DNA of 64,000 nucleotides from positions 1 through 64,000 of IMG/VR virus record IMGVR_UViG_3300013232_000047; one strand, 5' to 3'. Of the stretch, positions 56,647 through 63,711 are shown one piece after another. The stretch's first letter is position 1. Each line of letters opens with the position of its first letter. This DNA is from a virus. Below the pieces are notes generated by a model. That model was given only the letters and a program-made list of their open reading frames with translations. It was not told where the DNA came from and searched no databases. Position numbers and translations under genes: made by a program.

Positions 56647-56721
56647 GGGGGTGTAGCTCAACAGTAGAGCAGCGGAGAGACAATCCGAAGGTCGTTGGGG
56701 CGGCACCAACCATTCCCACCA
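56647..56721 (+). tRNA. tRNA-Val(GAC)
   Basis: loop GA-GAC-AA. Confidence 0.8.
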
Positions 56722-56771
56722 TTTTTTCATTTTCTGCGAAGAAAATGAGGTTCATGTGCGGATATAGTAGT

Positions 56772-57005
56772 ATGACTACACATGAACTTGTTAATCTGGA
56801 GATTGATTATCTGACTCGCGTAACGAAAAAAGCTAATCGTATACAACTTCGGGAAGAGCTGTTGGCACATCCAGACCGTTTTGCTGACAGTGAACTGGCA
56901 GCCTTGCTGTTCTTTGGAGATGAGTATGAACTGACAGCTTTGTCGTTCTTAGGAAATGAATATGAGTATGAACATTCCAATGCAGCCCATGCCGGTAGCG
57001 TATAG
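56772..57005 (+). CDS. hypothetical protein
   Basis: MTTHELVNLEIDY... portion of track ORF outside tRNAs. Confidence 0.5.
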   Translation: MTTHELVNLEIDYLTRVTKKANRIQLREELLAHPDRFADSELAALLFFGDEYELTALSFLGNEYEYEHSNAAHAGSV

Positions 57006-57228
57006 ACTCGTCTATTCGAACGATGCTACTGAGTTTGAAAACACCATAAACAGCCTGCTTAAAAAGGGTTGGACATTTCATGGTCCAACCATTGTGAAGC
57101 TTCTAGGCGAACACGGCGGACAAGGCTGGTACCAGCCTATGATTCAGCTTGAAGTCCAACCTGTTAAGATGGGCAAGATGGATACTCTCGACATTGTGTC
57201 TCCGATGAGTGGCATAATGACACGTTAA
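56956..57228 (+). CDS. DUF1737-like small protein
   Basis: YRLV...FE..IN.LL..GW..HG.......YQPM pattern. Confidence 0.6.
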   Translation: MNMSMNIPMQPMPVAYRLVYSNDATEFENTINSLLKKGWTFHGPTIVKLLGEHGGQGWYQPMIQLEVQPVKMGKMDTLDIVSPMSGIMTR

Positions 57229-57304
57229 GCTCCCGTAGCTCAATTACTAGAGCAATTGTCTTCGGAACAATTGGTTGCAGGTGGGATTCCTGCCGGGAGT
57301 ACCA
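57229..57304 (+). tRNA. tRNA-Arg(TCG)
   Basis: loop CT-TCG-GA. Confidence 0.88.
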
Positions 57305-57306
57305 CT

Positions 57307-58287
57307 TTACAGAGATGACGGGCCACCCATGCTTGGGTAAAACGAAGCTTTGGGTGGCGGACCTTTAAGCTCAGGAGTCAACCCGGCTTTTTTGGCAGTG
57401 GCGTAATAGTCTTTCCGCTCAGCATGATGATGGCTGCGTATGACTTCAGCTGTTGCCGGGTCGCTGGTGTGCTCACGTTCAACCTTACGTCCAGCTTTCT
57501 TTTCCCAGTCTGAAACGTTCTTTACGTCGGCTTTGGGCTTAAGCGCCTCTGTCTGACGGAGAGTAGCGTAGTGATTTGGATTATCGGCGATGTTTGCTAG
57601 TACAGTCTCTTTGGCTTTTTCGTAGTCACCGAGGCGGCGAAATTCGTAACGAATAGCTGGGGCCAGTTTTATGGCATCAAAAGGTGAGTTCGGAGCTTCG
57701 CCCCATTCGTTTATAAGGAGGTCCATAACGATGTGTCCTGCGCTTTCTTTGGTGTAGAATATGCCGCTGTCTAAACAATCGTCTGCACAGCCTTGGCACA
57801 TAGGGGTGCCTGTTTCGTCCTTCATGTCTGACCGATAAACGGTTGTTCGAGCAGGTTTGTAGCATTTACCTTGGCAGACTGGGCAGCCGGGATCACCACA
57901 TTCGCAGAAATGCGGCGGTGGAATTTTCACGCGCTGCCGGGGCACAGTAGGGTCCAAGGCTTCTTGGGCGGGTTGGGTGAACTGTTTGGCGAGTTTCTGT
58001 AACAGCTCGTTTTTGATATTTTTGGGCGACTGCTTTTGATTTAAAACATAGTCTCTGGCGTTGAAGTCGCTACCTTCGGTTTCGTTAGGAATTATCCAGC
58101 CTCTGCTTTCTAATTCCTTTTGAAAACCTTGGTCTATGACGGGTCCAGCACCAACTCCGTTAGTAGCCCGGCCCCACACCTCCGGTGACAGGTCCATAAC
58201 CTGAATGTGCCAGCCATGTTCTGGCCAATACTGTCCTTTAGCAGGGTACTGTTTGCCATCGTACTGGTTTTTTACCAAAAAGTTCAT
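57307..58287 (-). CDS. modular putative virion protein
   Basis: SDFNARDYVL, Cys-rich module, ESAGHIVMDLLINE, VEREHT...HHH.E..DYY. Confidence 0.75.
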   Translation of the reverse strand: MNFLVKNQYDGKQYPAKGQYWPEHGWHIQVMDLSPEVWGRATNGVGAGPVIDQGFQKELESRGWIIPNETEGSDFNARDYVLNQKQSPKNIKNELLQKLAKQFTQPAQEALDPTVPRQRVKIPPPHFCECGDPGCPVCQGKCYKPARTTVYRSDMKDETGTPMCQGCADDCLDSGIFYTKESAGHIVMDLLINEWGEAPNSPFDAIKLAPAIRYEFRRLGDYEKAKETVLANIADNPNHYATLRQTEALKPKADVKNVSDWEKKAGRKVEREHTSDPATAEVIRSHHHAERKDYYATAKKAGLTPELKGPPPKASFYPSMGGPSSL

Positions 58288-58305
58288 TTGATTTAACTAC
58301 ACATT

Positions 58306-58389
58306 GGGGATGTGGTTTACCCAGAATAGCAGATGGGACTCATTCAGATTGAGACAGCCTTGGAGGTGCGATTCCTCTTATCCCCACCA
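58306..58389 (+). tRNA. tRNA-Leu(CAG), atypical D region
   Basis: acceptor GGGGATG/TATCCCC-ACCA, CTCA-TTCAGAT-TGAG, T arm. Confidence 0.65.
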
Positions 58390-58397
58390 ATTTAAAT

Positions 58398-58474
58398 GCC
58401 CACGTAGCCCAACAGCAAGAGGCGCTAGTTTTAGGAACTAGCTGTTGTCGGTGCGAATCCGACCGTGGGTACCA
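58398..58474 (+). tRNA. tRNA-Leu(TAG), short variable arm
   Basis: loop TT-TAG-GA. Confidence 0.85.
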
Positions 58475-58480
58475 ATTTGT

Positions 58481-58555
58481 GCCCCCGTAGCCCAACGCAG
58501 AGGCAACGGGTTTAAGCTCCGTTAAGTGCAGGTTCAAGACCTGTCGGGGGCACCA
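58481..58555 (+). tRNA. tRNA-Leu(TAA), short variable arm
   Basis: loop TT-TAA-GC. Confidence 0.85.
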
Positions 58556-58558
58556 TGA

Positions 58559-58636
58559 CGCGCCGTAGCCCAACTAGCAGGAGGCAGCAGTTTCAAAAAC
58601 TGAACAGTGCAGGTGCGAATCCTGTCGGCGCGACCA
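58559..58636 (+). tRNA. tRNA-Leu(CAA), short variable arm
   Basis: loop TT-CAA-AA. Confidence 0.85.
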
Positions 58637-58670
58637 TTTTTGGAACCTGAAAAATAGTAATTATTTCGTG

Positions 58671-58716
58671 TTGACAGTTAAAACATGTTTGAATACATTG
58701 GTTGTGTTCTTTGAAA
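58671..58716 (+). promoter_or_regulatory. sigma70 promoter followed by boxA-like element
   Basis: TTGACA-N17-TACATT then TGTTCTTTGAAA. Confidence 0.75.
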
Positions 58717-58782
58717 TCTATGTTCCGAAAGCTCTCCAAGAGCCGTGGTTTAATTCCACATCGGAACACCAATTTACGGTAT

Positions 58783-58859
58783 CGCGGGGTGGAGCAGCCC
58801 GGAAGCTCGCGACGCTCATAACGTCGAGGTCACAGGTTCAAATCCTGTCCCCGCAACCA
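58783..58859 (+). tRNA. initiator tRNA-fMet(CAT)
   Basis: CGCGGGGTGGAGCAGCCCGG, C1:A72 mismatch, loop CT-CAT-AA. Confidence 0.9.
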
Positions 58860-58978
58860 ATTTTTACAGGTGTTCATTGAGGGCATAACCTAGAGTACCG
58901 AGGTGAGGGGATACTCCGTTTGTAACTGAGGAAGGGTAAGGAGTGAGCGACCTGAGACACCTGTAAGTTTTAATGCTT

Positions 58979-59063
58979 GGTCTCGTGCGCCTAACGGTAG
59001 GGCGGGGTTTACTTCCCCACGAAGTTTTACCCAGTGCTGGTTCGAATCCAGCTGAGACCACCA
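58979..59063 (+). ncRNA. tRNA-like RNA with extended anticodon arm
   Basis: normal acceptor, D and T arms; anticodon arm GGGT-TT-ACTTC-CCCAC-GAAGT-TTT-ACCC. Confidence 0.75.
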
Positions 59064-59067
59064 TTTT

Positions 59068-59154
59068 GGGCGGTTAGTGACATTCAAATAGCACGTTGCG
59101 CCCCCGCAAGGGACGAGCGCAAAAGAGTCGGTGAAAAGCCGATGCCGTCCACCA
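59068..59154 (+). ncRNA. tRNA-like RNA with extended anticodon arm
   Basis: acceptor GGGCGGT/GCCGTCC-ACCA; TTGCGC..CCC-GCAA-GGG-ACGA..GCGCAA. Confidence 0.7.
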
Positions 59155-59215
59155 ATTTTACTTTATTTGGTAAGCGCATAACCGTTCCGCTATTTAAACC
59201 AAAGGTTGTAAATCA

Positions 59216-59473
59216 TGGGCCAAGATCATCAATTTGCCGAAAGGCACTGTAGATGTAGTCATTGAACTACTGGTGGAGGGCACCTGTAGTGCCCCCGAAA
59301 GTGCAGCGTTGTGTGACAACGCACATGGCGCTGCACACTCGATTTAGACAAGTAGTAGAGCCGTGTGGATGCGGCGACGGCACGTACCGTTGAATGCGGG
59401 TTCAACTCCCGCTACGAAAGTCTCGGTCTAAGCTCTAGATCGTAACTCAGGTGAAAGCCCTGAATGAGCCCAA
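59216..59473 (+). ncRNA. large structured RNA candidate
   Basis: many hairpins, two T-loop-like arms, no ORF. Confidence 0.55.
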
Positions 59474-59644
59474 TTTTAGTTTGTTCTTTGAAGCGTGCAA
59501 ACAGGGTGAAGCCTGTGTCGTTCCGTTCGGGCATGGTTACTAACTCCCTTCACGCACGATCCGTTAGTGTGTCTGACGCCAGAATGGCGAAAGCTTGATT
59601 CTGGACAGTAGAGCAATGACAGCACGCTTTTGTTCTTTGAAATG

Positions 59645-60088
59645 GGGGCCGTAATGGTTTCGATTTACGAAAACTTACGGTTATGACATGTCGAGGATGG
59701 CTATCGGCCTCGTTAAGTAGTAGCCACAAGTCAAATGCTGACAACAGTGATGACAATATCCTGAACATCGACAGTTTGCTGGCTCAAGCAGAGTCCATCG
59801 TGAATAACGCGGACGAAGTGTTGGCCCAGTTTCCTGTCGAACAGGAACTTGCTGCAGCCTGAAGTGCTGTAGGCGGTGCAGTGGAGACTCCTGCTATCCA
59901 TTGTATCGCTAAACTAGCAGGGAAGTGTTCTACCGAGCACAGTCGGTGGGCTTGTCGATAAAGCTTAATCGAATCCTGCAGTTACTTTTTAGCTATTTAA
60001 AGCCTGCAGGTATAAAAATAGAGAAGCATGTGTAAGTAACCGGCGAGAGGTCGTAAAGAAAGGGGTTCGACTCCCCTCGGCTCCACCA
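59645..60088 (+). ncRNA. ssrA: tmRNA
   Basis: GGGGCCG..GGTTTCGA 5' end, G3-U70, tag ORF 59737-59862 ending ELAAA*, 3' GGTTCGACTCC..CGGCTCCACCA. Confidence 0.93.
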
Positions 60089-60095
60089 TTTTTAA

Positions 60096-60222
60096 GGCTT
60101 GTGGGTCTAGAAGAGTAGGATTGCTATTAAGGGTGCTGCAACATCATGAGGCGTCCTCGGATAAGACGGCTGTAGGGTTACAGCTACAGATAAGTGAGGT
60201 TCGAATCCTCAACAAGCCATCA
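60096..60222 (+). ncRNA. expanded tRNA-like RNA
   Basis: acceptor GGCTTGT/ACAAGCC, T arm TGAGG-TTCGAAT-CCTCA, multi-hairpin interior. Confidence 0.6.
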
Positions 60223-60435
60223 ATTTCCCGCCCGTTGCATCATAGTACAGAGCAGTACGACGGCCTAAAAACCGTATGAATAGGAGCGTAGCGAACTCTA
60301 GGGTGCCGGTATCTCGAAGTCACGAGGTCGCGGCGGGAAAGCTCTTTGAAATTTTGTGGTTGCGTTGTTGAACATAGGCTTATTAACTCACTATGTTCAG
60401 CACTATACACGCAGCCACAAAGCTCTTTGAAAATT

Positions 60436-60578
60436 TAGCGGGTCGAAATCGTTGGTTATCACCAAACTGTTTGTCGAAGGTTCGAATCCTTCTCCCGGCT
60501 CCATATGCCGGGGTAGCTCAGTTGGCAGAGCAATAGTCTTCCCGAAAGGGAATTTCCGACGGTAAACCTTATCCGCTA
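60436..60578 (+). ncRNA. Y RNA, YrlA-type with permuted tRNA-like domain
   Basis: TAGCGGGTCGAA/CCTTATCCGCTA Ro helix; T arm, closed acceptor stem CCCGGC/GCCGGG, then D arm. Confidence 0.88.
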
Positions 60579-60663
60579 TACTTTATGCAGTCAGCCTGTT
60601 CTTTGGCTACATGTTTCTTGCTTCAGTGTAGCCTAACTTTTCAGACAGGCTGACTGCGCTATT

Positions 60664-60726
60664 TTGTCGGGTCGAACGTAAAGGGTTATCTCTAAAAATC
60701 GCCCTTTGCCACCACTTACCTGACAA
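60664..60726 (+). ncRNA. minimal Y RNA
   Basis: TTGTCGGGTCGAA-C-GTAAAGGG-TTATC...CCCTTTGC..CACTTACCTGACAA. Confidence 0.78.
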
Positions 60727-60732
60727 GAGCTT

Positions 60733-60890
60733 AAAAGTGTCGAGAGACCGCGTGTCGCTGGTTCAATTCCAGCCGTGTTCGCAGTAGCTCAGCGGTAGAG
60801 CAGCGCCGGAAGCGTGTGTCGCAGGTTCAAATCCTGCCTGTAAATGAACATGTAGCTCAGTGGTAGAGCAGCGAGTTCTCTCGACATTTT
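60733..60890 (+). ncRNA. double tRNA-elbow RNA
   Basis: order T arm, D arm, hairpin, T arm, D arm inside a 14-bp closing stem. Confidence 0.8.
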
Positions 60891-60941
60891 TTGTCGTTTT
60901 TTCTAGTTGACGGAAAACACGTGATTCGATAGCTTAGTCCT

Positions 60942-61304
60942 ATGAAAAGAATCTACCTAAGCAAAGCAGGTGAAGTAAGGATGCCGACTATCGACGAGCG
61001 TAGTCACTACGGAATGGCTAAAACTATTCTCGGTCCTTCTTGGGTAGGTGACACAGAAGATGCCTATACTGCTATGTGGCTGCTTGGCTGGGTGCGTGTA
61101 GCAGAATATGATGACACAGTTTACGCTGAAAAGTACATAAATGGAGAACCTGTAAAGTGGGTTGATCTTCCAAGAGCACAACGTGAATGGCTCGAAGACA
61201 GAAAGTTAGAAGGTAAGCAGGTCATGTGGAACGACACAGTGTTCGAGTCAACGCGTGAAGGAAAACAATTTGCAGGTGATATTGTTAAGGCTCTTTTGCA
61301 GTAA
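60942..61304 (+). CDS. hypothetical protein
   Basis: 120-aa ORF after TTGACG promoter; ends FAGDIVKALLQ. Confidence 0.7.
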   Translation: MKRIYLSKAGEVRMPTIDERSHYGMAKTILGPSWVGDTEDAYTAMWLLGWVRVAEYDDTVYAEKYINGEPVKWVDLPRAQREWLEDRKLEGKQVMWNDTVFESTREGKQFAGDIVKALLQ

Positions 61305-61320
61305 GTTACGTTTTTTCTAT

Positions 61321-61410
61321 GCCAATGTGAGCTAACCTAAAGGCTACCGCGTCCCGGAGAAAGTCTGGACAAGCGCGGCAGTGAGGGCGAAACCCCCTCC
61401 ATTGGCTCCA
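61321..61410 (+). ncRNA. tRNA-like RNA with extended anticodon arm
   Basis: acceptor GCCAATG/CATTGGC-TCCA; CCGCG/CGCGG stem enclosing 22-nt hairpin. Confidence 0.7.
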
Positions 61411-61515
61411 ATTTCCGACGGGTCACCAACTTACCTGTCGGGTCAGTAAACCGCAAACGGCCCTCGCAGGGGCTTACGCGAGTTGGAGCGACTGCACAGA
61501 AGGAGGCGCAAAATT

Positions 61516-63222
61516 ATGGGCGCTATCAAGGTTAGTTCGTTAAATACTTCCCGCCAGCAGGCGCGGAACAAGAACCTCTCAGTTCAACAGCCTATTCCAG
61601 ACAAGGGGCAAGTGCTTAACAGCACGGGTGGCTACGTCTGGCAAGCCAATGACTGGGATCTGCTCACTCGGTTTCTTATTCTCGGTGTCGAGGGCGGCAC
61701 CTACTACGTGAATGAGCCGGAACTGTTGAAGAGTAACACAGAAGCCGTAAAGCGTTGCATTCATACGCACGGTGTTCGCACTGTAAAGGAAATCGTAGAC
61801 GTGTCTGTAAATGGACGTGCCTATCGTAACGATCCGGCTATCTACGCATTGGCACTGGCTACCTATCTTGGAAATCAAAAGACCACAGAGGCTGCATACG
61901 CAGCTGTTCCTAACGTGTGTCGCACCGGCACTCACCTGTATCACTTCGCCATGTACTGCGACGCCCTCCGTGGCTGGGGTCGTGGTTTGAAGAAGGCAGT
62001 GGGCCGTTGGTTTACGTGTCAGGACGCTAATCGTCTGGCCTACCAGATGGTAAAGTATCAGCAGCGGGATGGTTGGTCTGCGGCAGACTTGCTGCGAAAG
62101 TCACATCCTGTTGCCGAGGACGCTGCTCAAGATGCGGTGTTTCGTTGGGTCGTTGCTGGAATGGATTGCCTTGGTGCCCGTCAGATCAAGCGCAAGTGCG
62201 GTTCTACGGAACTGATACATGACTACGCAGACGTGACGGCACATCTGCCAAAGTTTATCGAGGTGTTTGAGAAGGCCAAGACTGCCAGTGAGAAGGAACT
62301 GGTCAAGCTCATCCTTGACCATGGTCTTCCTCGTGAGGGCGTGCCAACGGAGAAGTTGAACAGCGTCGCTGTTTGGGACGCACTGCTCCAGAAGATGCCG
62401 CTCACGGCCATGATTCGTAACCTCGGAAAGATGACCAGTATCGGGCTGTTGAAGCCGATGTCCGAAGGTTCTAAGCTGGTAAGTGAGCGCCTTCGAGACG
62501 CTGATTACCTGAAGAAGTCTCGTGTTCATCCGATGGCGGTGCTTGTTGCGTCCAAGGTGTATGCAAACAACAAGGGCTTGAAGGGCAAGCTGACGTGGAA
62601 TCATGTTCCGCAACTCCTGACTGCGCTTGATGAGGCGTTCTACGCGACCTTTGGCAACGTTGTGCCTTCGGGCAAGGATATGCTAATCGCGCTGGATGTA
62701 TCTGGTTCCATGTCCAGTGCAATTGCGGGTAGCGTGATATCTTCTGCGGAAGCTGTTGCAGCTATGTCTTTGGTTTGGGCATCTACGGAGCCGTCGGTTC
62801 ACGTGTTTGGATTTGCTAACACGTTTCGTGATCTGGGTATCCGCAAGGGTATGTCACTCGCTGAGGCAACGCGCCGGGCGCAAGACTCGAACTTCGGTTC
62901 GACAGATGTTTCGCTGGCTTACCAGTTTGCGCTTGATAACCGCATCAAGGTTGGTGGATTCATCGTAATGACGGATAACGAAGTCAATAGTGGTCGGCAC
63001 CCTGCGCTGGCTTTGCGTGAATACCGTGAGCGCTTTGTCAGCGATGCGCGTAGCGTCGTGGTTGCTACAGCTGCAACCAGATTCACGATTAACGATCCTA
63101 CAGATAAGTGGGGTTTGGATGTATCCGGGTTCGACACCTCGGTGCCGAACGTAGTCACCGACTTTATCCGTGGTGAGCACGTAAAGGCTGAAATGGATGA
63201 AGAAGTTTCGGTTGAGGATTAA
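61516..63222 (+). CDS. Ro60 (TROVE + vWA) RNA-binding protein
   Basis: NSTGGY, RFLILG.EGGTYY, GWGR, KYQQRDGW, MPLTAMIRNLGKMT, DVSGSM MIDAS, TDNE, GFD; AGGAGG SD before ATG 61516. Confidence 0.95.
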   Translation: MGAIKVSSLNTSRQQARNKNLSVQQPIPDKGQVLNSTGGYVWQANDWDLLTRFLILGVEGGTYYVNEPELLKSNTEAVKRCIHTHGVRTVKEIVDVSVNGRAYRNDPAIYALALATYLGNQKTTEAAYAAVPNVCRTGTHLYHFAMYCDALRGWGRGLKKAVGRWFTCQDANRLAYQMVKYQQRDGWSAADLLRKSHPVAEDAAQDAVFRWVVAGMDCLGARQIKRKCGSTELIHDYADVTAHLPKFIEVFEKAKTASEKELVKLILDHGLPREGVPTEKLNSVAVWDALLQKMPLTAMIRNLGKMTSIGLLKPMSEGSKLVSERLRDADYLKKSRVHPMAVLVASKVYANNKGLKGKLTWNHVPQLLTALDEAFYATFGNVVPSGKDMLIALDVSGSMSSAIAGSVISSAEAVAAMSLVWASTEPSVHVFGFANTFRDLGIRKGMSLAEATRRAQDSNFGSTDVSLAYQFALDNRIKVGGFIVMTDNEVNSGRHPALALREYRERFVSDARSVVVATAATRFTINDPTDKWGLDVSGFDTSVPNVVTDFIRGEHVKAEMDEEVSVED

Positions 63223-63251
63223 GTTCCGACAGAGGAACAGGTAGTTTACAA

Positions 63252-63290
63252 AGAGCGCCCCGGCGAAAGCTCGGGCGCTCTGTTCTATTT
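63252..63290 (+). terminator. probable intrinsic terminator
   Basis: AGAGCGCCC..GCGAAAGC..GGGCGCTCT followed by T-rich tail. Confidence 0.6.
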
Positions 63291-63296
63291 AAGCGT

Positions 63297-63611
63297 ATGA
63301 ACGCATCAATAAGTTTTCAGGATTGTGAAAGAAAAAGTCCGCCCGTGAATTATCCGATCATGTTTCTGGACGCTAAACCGTCTGGGATTGATCTTAAATT
63401 CAGCAAAGAAACCGATCCACGCAGCCGTCGTCCTAACGTCTACACTGTTTCTTTGACGCCAGCTGTTAAGATGGGCGAGTGGAACAATGTCGAAGGCGAC
63501 GAAGGCGACATTGAACAAGTGCAGTCTACAAAGCTTCCGCAAGGTACCCGAGTTGAAGGCATTTGGTGCGAAGCCGGGGAGCGACGCATCGTGGTGCTAG
63601 AATACGTTTGA
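63297..63611 (+). CDS. hypothetical protein
   Basis: 104-aa ORF. Confidence 0.65.
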   Translation: MNASISFQDCERKSPPVNYPIMFLDAKPSGIDLKFSKETDPRSRRPNVYTVSLTPAVKMGEWNNVEGDEGDIEQVQSTKLPQGTRVEGIWCEAGERRIVVLEYV

Positions 63612-63616
63612 TTTTT

Positions 63617-63704
63617 GGAGGATTGCTAGAGTACTAATAGGCCGACCTGCTAAGTCGAGGCCGTCGTAAAAGGCGCACAGGTGGAAATCCTGTATCCTCC
63701 GCCA
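63617..63704 (+). tRNA. tRNA-Ser(GCT)
   Basis: loop CT-GCT-AA, long V arm. Confidence 0.88.
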
Positions 63705-63711
63705 TTTTAGT

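Noticed and set aside
58306-58389. Selenocysteine or opal (TCA) tRNA
   Set aside because: The 7-nt loop TTCAGAT centres on CAG, there is no long variable arm, and it sits in a run of Leu tRNAs.
59216-59473. RNase P RNA or SRP RNA
   Set aside because: I could not find the GAGGAAAGUCC / CGGCUUA P4 strands or the SRP GGAA-AGCAG domain.
61483-61515. TTG start for Ro60 given in the ORF track
   Set aside because: An AGGAGG SD points to ATG 61516 instead.
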